Positions 23,784 through 37,629 of a DNA stretch of 64,000 bases are shown piece by piece. Under the pieces are notes generated by a model, which saw nothing but the letters and a program-made list of their open reading frames with translations, did not search any database and was not told where the DNA came from. Position 1 is the stretch's first letter, and each line of letters begins with the position of its first letter. Location of the stretch: the NCBI GenBank assembly GCA_951406725.2, contig OX597822.1, forward strand, positions 25,234,001-25,298,000, in the 5' to 3' direction. This DNA is from Octopus vulgaris. Its lineage: Eukaryota. The position numbers were made by a program, and so were the translations under genes.

Positions 23784-26700
23784 AAATGGTTCTATCTCTT
23801 ATGCAGTGTTGCATTTATATGGCGGATATGAGCCAACTCTTTGTGTTGCATTTTCCACCATTTTGTTTTTAATTTCTCGCCCCCGTCGGCCCATTGTTTT
23901 CCTGTGAATCAATCACTACTGCAGTGTCAACGTAAACACATCATTGCAACGCCTCCCACATGTAAATATTGACATGTGGTATTGGATGTTGAATGTTTTA
24001 ATCAGCAAGATCAGAGGGAGTTTGGGAATTCCAACGAAAGATTGTGCGAAAGGGATAAATAGAGAGAAAGATGGATAAGTAGGTAGGCAGGCAGGCAGGT
24101 AAATAGGTAAGTAGGTAGGTAGAGAGAGAGAGGGAGAGAGAGAGAGAGAGAGGAGAGAGAGAAAAGGGAGGAGCGAGTGAGAGTGGGAGAGGTATTGATA
24201 TCGAGATATACTGATATATATATATATAAAGAGAGAGAAAGAGAGAGAGAGAGAGGGAGTGACTGAGCGAGGGAGGAACAAAAGTGGAGAGATTAAGTAT
24301 GATAAAGAAGGGAAAAGAGAAATGAGAGAAAGACAAATAAACTTGATAAGAAGTGGGTGTAGGAGATTGTGCAAGTGAAACAGAGCAGGTGGTAATTATA
24401 TACTACTGCTACTACTAGTAGTAGTAGTAGTAATAAAAGTGGCTCTCAACAACAAGTACAGTCTAAAGACAGATAACGCATGCCAGATGATAACGTTGAT
24501 GGCCAGAGCTGACGTGATTGTGTGTAGGTTTCGCCAACGAAAATAGCCCCCGAAATAAACTATACTGACGAGAAAGAAAAAGAAAAGAACATCCGAAAAC
24601 TACACAAAGTTCAATGATCGCATATTTCAGTCTTACCATAGTCAAAGTAAGTAAGAAATAAACATGGAATTTTCGAATTGGAGTGAAGAAGAATCAAGGA
24701 AGCAGACACACACACTCACAAAAGAGAACAGCATTATTAGTCTCGATTATAAAAAGAAAAAACCCCCACATCTGCGATGCGATTGATATAGGTACAAATA
24801 GAATGAGAAAGGAAGATGATAAATGATAACAACCAGATAGAAAGCTCATGATGACATTAGAAATATCAGATAAAAAACATGTTATTTGCTGGTTAAGAAA
24901 CGTTAAATTATTAACGAGTTTGAGGAGCAAGATCAGAAGTCGAGTGATTCAATCCAGCACCTGCAATGTTTTGTATATAGGTGAGATGGGTAACTCAAGA
25001 TTAAATAAGAACAATAATAAACAAATGTAAAATGAATGTATAGTGTGTGTGTTTATTTGGCAAGAAAAAATGGCTGTCCCGAAATATAATATTACTTTTT
25101 AAAAAGATTTTAGCGCAATATCACAATATGAATTGCTTGTTGCTCACTATCATAGCAACAACTACAATAATCGCAGACATCGAAATGCGAATAAGACATA
25201 TAACCAATTATACACCACTAATCCTTATAGTATTCATTTATATTTGGGTGGTACTGTGATAAGTTGCCACCTCTAATCAAACTAGTACCCGGAACTAAAT
25301 TATTCTAGCCTAATGTTATGTGCATGTATATTGAATATGGTGAGGTGGTGTTGAGAACAACTCGCTAATATTCGCAGCAACACTCTCGGTTCCTTCAAAT
25401 CCATTCCCCGCGACACACACGATTTAACATATAAAGCAAATTCGCTGACCACTTGTAGTCTGTGATGTTCATAATGATAGCTTCAGGCAGAAGTTAAAAG
25501 GACCTCCCTTTCAATATGAAACCTCTGCTCTGCAATACACGGAAATCTGCCTCAGCTTCCAGCCCACCTCTTCACGTGTTAACTGTTAGTCATTTTGCCA
25601 TCTGATGCTCTCAAACAAGAATTTGATCGATCTATTTTGTGTAAATGTTGCGAGTGCATCTCCAGAGACATATGTATGAGTGCGTATACTCCCACATATA
25701 CCCATGCATATACACACACACATACACACATATCAATGAATATTTTCAGTCGGCCACCTTTTTATTAAAGAGAATACAAGATAGATTTTACATCTATATA
25801 ATTCTGCTTTTTTCGCCATGGTGTTGGACAAGTTTAAAAGTTTAAATCCATCTCAAATATAATAAATACGGCAATTTTTACACTCCTTTTTCAATCATGG
25901 ACCCTTACAATGAGGGGCGACAGCTACCTGTTATGAGAGCCATTACTGACCAATATTTAACCAGTTTTACTCATTAATTTTTGTGGATCTCATTATTTTC
26001 TTGGTGCAGTCTTGGCCTCCGTTTCCCGTTCCACAACCACCGGTTCTCCACTTTCCCTTTTTACTTGGCATCCATCTGGCATTGTTTACTTGGCATTGTT
26101 TACACTTCGACTGTCTCTACCATTTACTTTTATTCTTAACTTCCCCTTTCCTTCTTTCACTACGCATTTTTCTCCCTCATTTTATGCCACCTCTTTCTCA
26201 CTCATATAACAAGACTTATGTTTGTATTGAGCTTCAGGACTCATAAAACGGAGCTTAATCCTGTTTGTGTGGCGTGTAAGTGATTGTCATTACAACACTC
26301 CCTTTCCTGAATAGGACGCTAGACCATCGTAGAGTTAACTTCCTAGCTATTGCTGAAACTCGTTTACAGTTGAGTGGACCGGAGCAACGTAAAAGTAAGT
26401 GTTTTACTCAAGAACACAACGTATTGCCCGTTCTGGGATTAAGACTCCAATCTTAGAATCGTGAATGCAACACGACTGAATGCATCACTTTCACCATTCT
26501 ATGGATACCTTTCACTAAAATAGTTCTAAATCATTGCCTAGGTTTACGCGTACTTTGTCTTAACATTCTGTTTCTTTTTTTTCCGCGTTTTCTCTGGACT
26601 TGAAGAATATCTCTTTCTCCCCAGCTTCAGCCATTGGTTCCTGCTACCTTCTCTTATGAGCTCTGAATTCCTTCCCCTTGGAAAATTTCGTATTCTAGAG

Positions 26701-26805
26701 TTCTGACAACACTCTGCCTATCTCATGACCTTCTTTTCACAAACCTCAATGTCCATGCCACTTTACACTCCTCCGCTATTATCTATTAATAATATACCGG
26801 CATAA

Positions 26806-27292
26806 AGCGGCGAGCTGGCAAAATCGTTAGCACGTCGGGCGAAATACTTAGAGTTCAATTACCATCGAGGTCGTTTTTGTCTTTCATCCTTTCGGGGTAG
26901 GTGAAATAAGTACCAGTTGAACAGTAGGGTCAACCTTTGAAGCTCGATAAAATAAGTGCTCAACTTATTGATAAAATAGTCCAACTTCAGATTTCCTTCG
27001 GTTGTTTTAAAATAATAATTTTCAAACAAATATGTATTTGTATCAAATGCAAATATGTATCAACATGGAGTCAAACCAAGGCGGCGAATTGGGAGAATAG
27101 TTAGCACACCGGGCAAAAGGCTTAGCGGTGTCTCGTCCGTCTTTGCGTTCTGAGTTCAAATTCCACCGGGGTCGGCTTTCCCTTTCCCCGTTTCAGAGTC
27201 GATAAAACAAGTACCATTTGAGTGCTGGGATCGATGTAATCAACTTCCCTCTCCCACCGAACTTGCTGGCCTTGTGCCAAAATTTGAAACCA
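26806..27292 (+). mobile_element. Two SINE1 copies (26806-26935; 27079-27292 with tail B)
   Basis: GGCGAGCTGGCA head, B-box and core. Confidence 0.8.
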
Positions 27293-27400
27293 ATACAGTT
27301 AGAAAACACCTCCACTGAGAAGGCATAATTTACCTCCTGGGTGGGGAAGAGGTATAATTTACCACCCTTTAAGAACCATCGGAAAACTTATTAGACATGG

Positions 27401-27647
27401 TACTCTTTTACTCATTTACTTGTTTCAGTCATTTGCCTGTGGCCATGCTGGAGCACCGCCTTTAGTCGAGCAAATCGACCCCAGGACTTATTCTTTGTAG
27501 CCTAGTACTTATTCTATCGGTCTCTTTTGCCGAACCGCTAAGTTATGGGAACGTAAACACACCAGCATCGGTTATCAAGTGATGTTGGGGTGGGGGACAA
27601 ACAGAGACACACAAACAAACACACACACGCACACACACACGCACACA

Positions 27648-27712
<65 letters not shown>

Positions 27713-27880
27713 ACATATATACGACGGGCTTCTTTCAGTTTCCGTCTACCAAATCCACTCACAAGGCTTTGGTTGGCCCGAGTCTACAGTAAAAATCACT
27801 TGCACAAGCTGCCTCGCAGTGGGTCTGAACACGGAACCATGTGGTTGGCAAGCAACCTACTTACCACACAGCCACTCATA
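27401..27880 (-). mobile_element. SINE family 2, full copy with internal (TA)n(TG)n
   Basis: Reverse complement of 45652-46063. Confidence 0.9.
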
Positions 27881-28540
27881 CGCCTTGGTAGGCAACTAAT
27901 GGATTTTCACAGTAGACAACAAATAAACAAATAAATAAATAAAGATATATTAACTAATTGATATATAAATAAATAAAATTTATTAAAGCCGCGTACGTGA
28001 CAATTTTTGATTTAGAATATTTATTTATCCATGTGGGTTCTTTTTTCTATCTACTTATATATCTATCTCTCTGTCTATGTATCTACATATATATTTGCCC
28101 TTTTAACTGAAGCACACGTGCGTGCACTCATTTACACGCACGACACATTCATACATATTTATGTACATTCATATATACTCGTTCATATACATACAGTTAT
28201 ATCAACACTGCCTAGAAACAATTCTCAAAATCTTTACATTTTTCTCTCCCCCATGGCTTCTTGTCTTGCGCCCTATTAAGTACTATCTCGTTCTCAATCA
28301 TTCCAACCCGCATTATATATACATATATATATATGTATATATATCTATATCTATATATATATATAGGTGTGTGTGTGTGTATACTTACAAATATGCATAC
28401 CTATACATACACACAGGCATTTCGTACAACATACACGCATACACGTACCTATCCACACCTCCCTGGTTAAAACCTTTCAGCATTTTGCTATCGCCGTCTC
28501 TCCTTTCCTCTTTTTCTCACTTCCCCTCTGTCTTTCTCTA

Positions 28541-28609
<69 letters not shown>

Positions 28610-28679
28610 GTATGTTTGTGCTTTATTTATCTCTGTCTATACAGGCACGCAAAACCACTCACAAACATAAAACCACGTA

Positions 28680-28788
28680 TACATTACATACATACATGCA
28701 CGTATGCATACATACATACATACATACATACATACATACATACATACATACATGCATACATACATACATACATGCATGCATACATACA

Positions 28789-28822
<34 letters not shown>

Positions 28823-28824
28823 CA

Positions 28825-28860
<36 letters not shown>

Positions 28861-29584
28861 CATGCATACATACATATATATACATGCAAACATACATATA
28901 TATACATACATACATACACACATACATACATACACACATACATACATACATACATACATACATACATACATGCATACATACATAGGAAAACGCACAAAGA
29001 CACGTACACAAATACACACAAACAAACATACACAACTATATACGCATATAGCCACACGCACGCATTTACACAACACGCCATTAGTCTGTTGAATATAAAA
29101 TAAATACTATAATTATATAAGACAAAAAAAACACATTTACTTCTTTCTTTTTCCTCATTGACTTAACAAAATGAAACACTGAGACACGTGTATACACGCT
29201 AACGCACACACGTATGGAGGCATTCATGTATTATGTATGTTTGTATGTATGTATGTATTATGTATGTATGTATGTATGTATGTATGTATGTATGTATGTA
29301 TGTATGTGTGTATGTATGTATGTATGTATGTATGTATGTATGTATGTATGTGTGTATGTATGTATGTATGTATGTATGTATGTATGTATGTGTGTATGTA
29401 TGTATGTGTGTATGTATGTATTATGTATGTATGTATGTATGTATGTATGTATGTATTATGTATGTATGTATTTATGTATGTATGTATTTATGTATGTATG
29501 TATGTATGTATGTATGTATGTATGTATGTATGTATGTATGTATGTATGTATGTATTTATGTATGTATGTATATATGTATGTATG

Positions 29585-29618
<34 letters not shown>

Positions 29619-30202
29619 TGTATGTATGTATGTATGTATGTATGTATGTATGTATGTGTGTATGTATGTATGTATGTATGTATGTATGTATGTATGTATG
29701 TATGTATGTATGTATGTATGTATGTATGTATGTATGTATGTATGTATGTATGTGTGTATGTATGTATGTGTGTATGTATGTATGTATGTATGTATGTATG
29801 TATGTATGTATGTGTGTATGTATGTATGTGTGTATGTATGTATTATGTATGTATGTATGTATGTATGTATGTGTGTATGTATGTATGTATGTATGTATGT
29901 ATGTATGTATGTATGTATGTGTGTATGTATGTATGTGTGTATGTATGTATGTATGTATGTATTATGTATTATGTATGTATGTATGTATTATGTATGTATG
30001 TGTGTATGTATGTATGTGTGTATGTATGTATGTATTTATGTATGTATGTATTATGTATGTATGTATTATGTATGTATGTATGTATGTATTATGTATGTAT
30101 GTATTTATGTATGTATGTATTATGTATGTATGTATGTATGTATTATGTATGTATGTATTTATGTATGTATGTATGTATGTATGTATTATGTATGTATGTA
30201 TG

Positions 30203-30233
<31 letters not shown>

Positions 30234-30676
30234 GGTAAGTGTGTATGTATGTATATTTTATGTACATATGTATGTATGTATGCATGTACGTACGCATGTA
30301 TGTACATATGTATATATGTACGTATGTATGTATGTATATATGCATGTATGTACGTGAGTATGTATGTATGTACGTATTTATGTATGAATGTGTGTACGTA
30401 TGTACGTACATATATATGTATATTGTATATACATATGTATGTATGTATGTATGTATATATGTACGTATGTATGTGTGTGTGTATGTATGTGTGTATGTAT
30501 GTATGTATGTATGTATGTATGTATGTATGTACGTACATATTTATGTATGTGTGTACGTAGGTATGTATGTATGTACGTACATATTTATGTATGTATGTGT
30601 GTATGTATGTATGTATGTATGTATGTATGTATGTATGTACGAACGTATGTATGTATTTTGTATGTACATATGTATG

Positions 30677-30710
<34 letters not shown>

Positions 30711-30750
30711 TGTATGTATGTATGTATGTACATATGTATATATGTATGTA
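28680..30750. repeat. (CATA)n tract 28680-28985 facing a ~1.5-kb (TATG)n tract 29225-30750
   Basis: Direct reading; the ORFs here (MYVC repeats) are artefacts. Confidence 0.95.
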
Positions 30751-31243
30751 ATGAAAAAATACCTAAAGGCACACACACACACTTGCACAAACATTTTCGT
30801 CAACACCTCTTTAGCGACCACCCAGCTAAACTGTACGGAAGATGTCAGACGGAAGTTGAAATCCAAAACTCTCCCAGATGCACAACGCTGGATCACCCAC
30901 AAGCGATGACGTTGAGAACGATAATGGCGGAAACAACAACAACAACAGACAACAAAGGAGACACCATCACCACCACCACCACCAATAATAATAATAATGA
31001 TAATAATAATAATAATAATAATAACGGTTTCAAGTTTTAGCCACAAAGCCAGCAATTTCGGAGTAGGGGGATGAATGGAATACATTGGCCCAATGTGCAT
31101 AACTGGTACTTATTTTATGGACCCCCAAAAGGTTGAAAAGCAAAGTCGACCTCGGCGGAATTCGAACTCGGAAGGTAAAGACGAACAAATTACCGCTAAA
31201 CACTTTGTCCGGTGTGTTAACGATTCAGCCAGCTAAAGCCTTC

Positions 31244-31313
<70 letters not shown>

Positions 31314-31554
31314 GTAATAATAATAATGATAACAACAATAACAGCAACAATAATAATAATGTATAAAAGATCGTGGATAAGGCCAAAACAATGCGAAGTA
31401 AATACAAGGTAAATCACAAGAAAACGAATATGTGAATTAATGTAGACTCAAGAAATTGATGAATGCTACCGGTAACATATTCTAAAGAATATTCTACACA
31501 ATGCTTCACAGTATTTATTTCATAATAATGATAATAATAATAATAATAATAATG

Positions 31555-31594
<40 letters not shown>

Positions 31595-31609
31595 TAATAA
31601 TAATGATAA

Positions 31610-32061
31610 CAGCAAATATTCTGCTCAATACCACAGATATGCTTGTCAGTTGTTTGACCTTAACCAGTTGAGCATGTCCCTTTGTGGCTGACGATATGTG
31701 CATCTCTGATCACGAGCAGAAGTAGTGGGGGAGCATCATAGCCATGTGTTGAGAGGGATTCTTTGGGGTTTGAATAATTCACCTCTGGAAACATGGGTGG
31801 TTCTTTCAACATCCTTAAACAACCCTTATTCAGGGACCTTTTGAGCGGGATGGGCTACTTGACCTGAAGAAAATTCTAACTGGGCCCTACCTGCAAGGTC
31901 ATGTGCTGTTTATCTTGATATCAGATCACCATGTCGCGCACATATGGTTGTGATGCATGTGCCTGGTGTACCCTTATCAGACGGGTAGTCATGATGGGTA
32001 TATTGGGCTTCGAATATTTTACCCCAGTGTCACTTTGATGGCATGAACTGCTCTCTCACTC
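31610..32061 (+). mobile_element. ~450-560-bp non-coding interspersed repeat embedded in (TAA)n
   Basis: Reverse complement of the two copies at 58428-59497; flanked on both sides by (AAT)n. Confidence 0.85.
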
Positions 32062-32099
<38 letters not shown>

Positions 32100-32259
32100 T
32101 AATAATAATAATAATCCTTTCTACTAAAGGCACAACGCCTGAAATTTGCGGGGATGAGACTATTCGATTACATCGACCCCAATGTTTCACTGGTACTTCA
32201 TTTATTGACCCCGAAAGAATGAAAGCAAAGTTGAAATAATAATGATAATAATAATAATG

Positions 32260-32309
<50 letters not shown>

Positions 32310-32542
32310 TTCTTTTATTTGCCTCAAGGGCAGTGTCTGAAACAGACTTTTAAGGGACAAATTCCAAAAGTTATAGTTGAGCTTTACACAGAATCGATTA
32401 TATACTTACTTAAACACCCACACACACGAAATCTATCTTCCATTTCCTTCATCAATTATTATTATATAAACATACGGACAGATGCACACACGCACATGCA
32501 CATGCAGGCGCGCGCACGCATACACACACATATATATCCTCA

Positions 32543-32765
32543 CAGATGTGGGTTCTGAAAGGTTCCTGGCTTTGAGGGTGTCGCGAAAGACCTGGTTAGA
32601 GGCCCCGCTTTCCGAGTTCTTTTACAGGGCTTGCAAACACTGAAGGATCGCCGCAGTAAGAGTGATAATCTGAGAGGGGAATATGTTGAATAAATATCAT
32701 AATTAACTGATCCCCCTGTATCTTCTTTTACCCAAAGCCAGGAAAATTTTCAGCATCCGCTCGGG
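32543..32765 (+). mobile_element. Mariner-derived MITE
   Basis: TIRs GGTTCTGAAAGGTTCCTGGCTTT / AAAGCCAGGAAAATTTTCAGCATCC; internal ...GGGGAATATGTTGAATAA (GEYVE*), a transposase tail relic. Confidence 0.75.
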
Positions 32766-32804
<39 letters not shown>

Positions 32805-33031
32805 TAATAGTTATCGCCAAGCTAACATGGCAGTCCAGAAAAACAGGACGAATGGTGCCTTTGATTAGCTCCAAGAGGCCATCACCTCTAGCTAGCCATG
32901 TGACACACGAACAAGTGTTCATTATAACCTTCGAATAAGGGAGGCCCGCCGCTTCCTCTTGCTGGTCTTGTATCTACAGACTAGTTTCAGGGTATATGCC
33001 CTTTATCAATGTAGAGCAGCCGAACCGAGCA

Positions 33032-33076
<45 letters not shown>

Positions 33077-33165
33077 GTGCTGTAACAGATTACAAGGGCT
33101 CAAAGGTTATAGCCGAGACGGTAGTCATGGAGCCATTGCAGATTTCCGATCCAGTGGATATATAA

Positions 33166-33392
33166 TTGTTAAACAGGACAGGAACCATTAAGGCAAGGCA
33201 AACATCTCAAGTCATATACAATATTATTACAGGAAGAAATTCAAAATCTTACACCTGTTTCTGACGACGGAATATTCCATACTCGAGGATATCCCAGAAA
33301 CAGCTGTAAGATTTTGAATTTCTTCCTATAACAATATTGTATATGACCTGAGATATTTGTTGTGCTTTATTGTTTGCTGTCCTGTTTAACAA
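33166..33392. mobile_element. Palindromic hammerhead-containing element (arms 33166-33263 / 33295-33392)
   Basis: Mirror arms; same family as 35008-35150; abuts (TA)n. Confidence 0.88.
33257..33312 (+). ncRNA. Hammerhead ribozyme fold with weakened stems
   Basis: GTTT-CTGACGA-cggaatattcc..ggatatccca-GAAA-C agct G-TA-AGAT. Confidence 0.55.
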
Positions 33393-33398
33393 GTATAT

Positions 33399-33465
<67 letters not shown>

Positions 33466-33976
33466 TTTATGTATTTGCAAGATTCTTGATATGACAAAAA
33501 CACAAAATGGACTAAACAGAACAAGAGTAGACACGCTGTATACTTTGAAGAGGTCACAGGATGTGTGATAAAAGAGCTTTGACAGAGAAAGACATATGAC
33601 CAGGGTGCCCATAATGGGCCTGAACTCGGAACAATGTGGTTAAACTTACATCTAACGACAGCTACGCCTCCACCTATATAAAAAATATCCATATGTGTGT
33701 ATATGAATGTATGTGTGCGCGCATGGATGACACGCAAATTCGGGAAGCGTTTCATGTTTTTTAAAGGCGGTGCTGCAGCATGGCCACAGTCAAATGACTG
33801 AAACAAGTAAAAGAATATATATATAAGTAGGTGAATGAATTATCCTATGTTTATCGTCAGCATGGAGAATTCGTTTAACCGAAACCTGGGTAACAAATTC
33901 ACGTCAGAAAACACGGTTGAAGCGACCTGTCAAGGGTAGAAACTCCGGTTTCTTGTGTAGAAATTTGTGTGTTGTA

Positions 33977-34235
33977 TATGAATGAATGAAAGAATGGAGT
34001 CGAACGAAGATGTTAACAAAATTCCTTTACTCTCGACATATGTTTCGAAGACTGCATATTTTTATTCCGTAGGAATAAATTGTACATTATGCAATCTTCT
34101 CATCAGGAAAGATAAGGAGCCTCTCTCAACCACAAAACGAACAAAATTCCTTCGGAATAAAAATATGCTGTCTTCGAAACATATGTCGAGAGTAAAGGAA
34201 TTTTGTTAACATCTTCGTTCGACTCCATTCTTTCA

Positions 34236-34242
<7 letters not shown>
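33977..34242. mobile_element. Palindromic hammerhead-containing element (arms ~33977-34075 / 34146-34242)
   Basis: Mirror arms; the right arm carries only the 3' half of the ribozyme and abuts (TA)n. Confidence 0.9.
34030..34111 (-). ncRNA. Type-I hammerhead ribozyme with canonical core
   Basis: CTTTC-CTGATGA-GAAGATTGCATA(..)TATGCAGTCTTC-GAAA-C atat G-TC-GAGAG; 12-bp stem II, GUC triplet, palindromic loop III. Confidence 0.88.
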
Positions 34243-34301
<59 letters not shown>

Positions 34302-34671
34302 TTCTGATTATTATCCTGCGAAAGTTTAACCCAATTTCATGAAATACTATATTAATAGTTTTCTGCCCCCAAAAGATTATAAGTGATAATCAATGATTTC
34401 CTTTATATTCTCTTATGCGTTCTTCGTAAATTGTTTTTCCTATTCTCATACAGAAATGTGATTAAGAACTAAGCCAAAATATCAGTTCCTGACAATGACA
34501 GAAATCTAGTATACAAATCGAATCTCTGAGGGATTCAAAGCTGTCCCCTTAAATGTTTGCAGCAACTTTTTTGCATCGTATTAATTCAAATATAATCCTC
34601 AATCTATTTAAAATATTCCATTACAGCAAGTCGTTGTCAAAAAGCGAATAATATTGATGATAATAAAAATG

Positions 34672-34721
<50 letters not shown>

Positions 34722-35007
34722 CCTTTCTACTATAGGCACAAAGCCTGAAACTTCTGTGTACGGAGTGGATAAACAATTACATCGACCGCAGAACTTGACT
34801 GTTAGCTAACTTATGGAATCCAAAAGCTTCTTACCACAGAGCATCTGCACTTATGCTCTTGTTTCTACAACATCGGAAAGTTGAACTATGAACTTTTATG
34901 CTTCTTTTTTCTTCTCTCTCTCCATCTCCATATTCCTTTATCTCCTTTCTCTATGCCGTCGTCTCATTAATATATACTATTCTCATTTTCTCTATTTTTC
35001 CCTGTTT

Positions 35008-35064
35008 GTCTCTGATGATGGAATATCCTATACTCGGGGGATATCCCAGAAACAGCTGTAAGAC
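35008..35064 (+). ncRNA. Type-I hammerhead ribozyme
   Basis: GTCT-CTGATGA-TGGAATATCCT(atactcgg)GGGATATCCCA-GAAA-C agct G-TA-AGAC; (TA)n lies ~90 nt downstream. Confidence 0.82.
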
Positions 35065-35146
35065 TTTGAATTTTTTCCAATAATAATAATGTATACGACT
35101 TGAGATGCTTGCCTTGCCTTATCGTTTGTTGTCCTTTTTTTACAAT

Positions 35147-35221
<75 letters not shown>

Positions 35222-35222
<1 letters not shown>

Positions 35223-35761
35223 CACCCCCCGTCCAATGGACGGTGCTGAATAATATCTGCTGAATAAAAAGCAATCAGTGTTTTCTTTTCATTAAAAAAT
35301 AATTAAGCAAGCCTTTATTTCAATCAAATTTTTCGTTTTGTTAAACGAAGTTAAGGCAAAAAAAAAAAAAAAAACTTCTTGAAAAACCAAATAGTCTTTC
35401 CTTCCTTTATGCCAAGTTTGAAGAAAATATCACTTTTGCATCTTACTTTTTGGGTCCCTTAAACATACTGCATTTTGTAGCATTATTTCAAGCCAGCCGG
35501 CTTTTTTTGCGTAAACTGCACGTGCATTTTTCTCGCGTACACGTAGTATCGATCGCAACAGCTGATGTACTTGCGCGTACAAATGCACGTTCCCACGGGT
35601 TTATCGATCGCATTCTCACCCGGAATCGTTTTTTGTAATTTTTTCAAGACTTATACGCGCCCTGATACCGTCGGTATCTACATATCAAATTTGAGAGCAA
35701 TCGGATGGAGGATGCCCGAGATCCTAGAAGACACACAGACAGACAGAATAGATTTTATATA

Positions 35762-35765
<4 letters not shown>
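35222..35765 (-). mobile_element. Probable non-autonomous Helitron between (TA)n tracts
   Basis: Minus strand starts ATATTATATAAAATCTATTCTGTCTGTCTGT (Helitron-like 5' end); GC hairpin CCGTCCAATGGACGG at 35229-35243 near the 3' end; terminal CTAG not seen. Confidence 0.55.
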
Positions 35766-35826
<61 letters not shown>

Positions 35827-35840
35827 CATATATATATATA

Positions 35841-36084
35841 CTGTTGTGTCTGGGGAAAGTCATTCTCTTTTAGTGCCTGATTATTTAATACACTCACCGG
35901 TAAAATTTCCACTTATTTTTTTATTTTCGTTGTTAAATAACGGACAGAGTCAAGACTATTGAAAAGGTTGCAAGATGCAACGAAAATTTTAGAAAATAAA
36001 GATAAGAAATAAGTGGAAATTTTACCGGTGAGTGTGTTAAATAATAAGGCACTAAAAGAGAACGACTCTCCCCAGACTCAACAG
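35841..36084. mobile_element. Palindromic element (arms 35841-35927 / 35993-36084) with a degenerate hammerhead in the spacer
   Basis: Mirror arms; spacer TTGAAAA-G-GTTGCA aga TGCAAC-GAAA; lies between (TA)n tracts. Confidence 0.8.
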
Positions 36085-36141
36085 AATATGCTTCAACACA
36101 CGAACTCATATAAAGAATCTTGCAAACCAAATCCAAAAACG

Positions 36142-36181
<40 letters not shown>

Positions 36182-36570
36182 TCATACATAAGTGTATTCC
36201 AACCGGTTTTTAAAGAACAGCGTAATAAAGATGATTGAAATGGCCTCTACGACAATCCTATGAAACCATATTGATCCCAAACTCGTTTATGACAATGTTT
36301 TGTGTATCAGTGTGCCGCTGAAATATTGGTGAGCCCCTCAATACCACTTCACTTTATGTTTAATTTTAAATAGTCCAATAACATTTTCTTTCTGGTGCTA
36401 TTAAAACTTAAAATGTCTTTACTGCCTTTAGATCGAGATATATAGATGTGGTTTTCGCTTTGTTAAAATCTGGGACTATTATTTTTGCAGATGTCGAACT
36501 GCTGGCATGAAACCAAGAAACACAAAAACGAACGACGTCATCATCTGAAATGGAACAGGCGCACATTTGA

Positions 36571-36623
<53 letters not shown>

Positions 36624-37277
36624 TATGCACGTACGCATTCATACAGACATAAATATATACATGTATATGTGTTTATGTATGATTATATATGTGTGCGTGT
36701 GTAAATGTATTAAGACAAGCAAGCTTCCACGCAAGCGCATACAACACATACGCGTGTATGACGGTTGGTGCATTACTGCGTGTGTTGGTCTATATCTGCA
36801 TTGTGTATTCATTGTTTATTATTTCTTGTCGTATAGGTATGTGGGTTGGGGAGTTGGTCTGTCTACACATAACTCAGTGTACTTCGGAGTAAACCAATAC
36901 ATACTCATAAGAGTATATATGTATATATATATATGTGTGTGTGTGTCTGTGTATGTATGTATATATATATATATATGTATGTATGTATGTATGTATAAAT
37001 ATATGTACATGTTTATATATAAATATTAAAATAATTATATACATAATTATATCAAGGGGTTGGCTATAAGCTTCTCCACGCGTTAGAAACACACGCCAGA
37101 AACTGCTAATACCACATTAAAAATCCCTTGATATAATTATCTATATAATCATTATAGTATTTGTAATATTCACCTATAAGTTTACGCACCCCTTGGTAAA
37201 ATCATTAATGATTTTTACCCTTTATTATAATATATACATATACATATACATATACACACATACATACATACATACAT

Positions 37278-37340
<63 letters not shown>

Positions 37341-37629
37341 GTTTCAGCTCAGAGCTGCGGCTAAGACGTTTTGTCATCTGAAGCATCGCGTTCGTGCCTA
37401 GCTAGAAATCCTAAGGAGTGACAGAGTGAATCATCGTCTCTGAATGAATGACTAAACTTTGAATGTATTGAATACTTGTTTTCTTGCTTATATAAGCGAA
37501 CAACTGTGTATATATATATATATATCGGATGTTATCAGCAAATGATCATTTTGAACTCGGGATCAAGTCAATTTTACAATATACGAAAGAATAGACAGTC
37601 GAATTTAGCTCAATGAAAACTGGATCAAT

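Noticed and set aside
25370-25610. Possible RTE endonuclease relic on the minus strand
   Set aside because: Only a faint resemblance; no motif could be read confidently.
29214-30357. Long ORFs of 333-374 aa (MYVC repeats) and similar YI/HT/poly-L/poly-K ORFs
   Set aside because: Translations of stop-free microsatellites, not genes.
37372-37423. Hammerhead-like TGTCA..CTGAAGC..GAAA..TGACA (also ~33915-33950)
   Set aside because: Core and stem II too degenerate to call; at most decayed relics.
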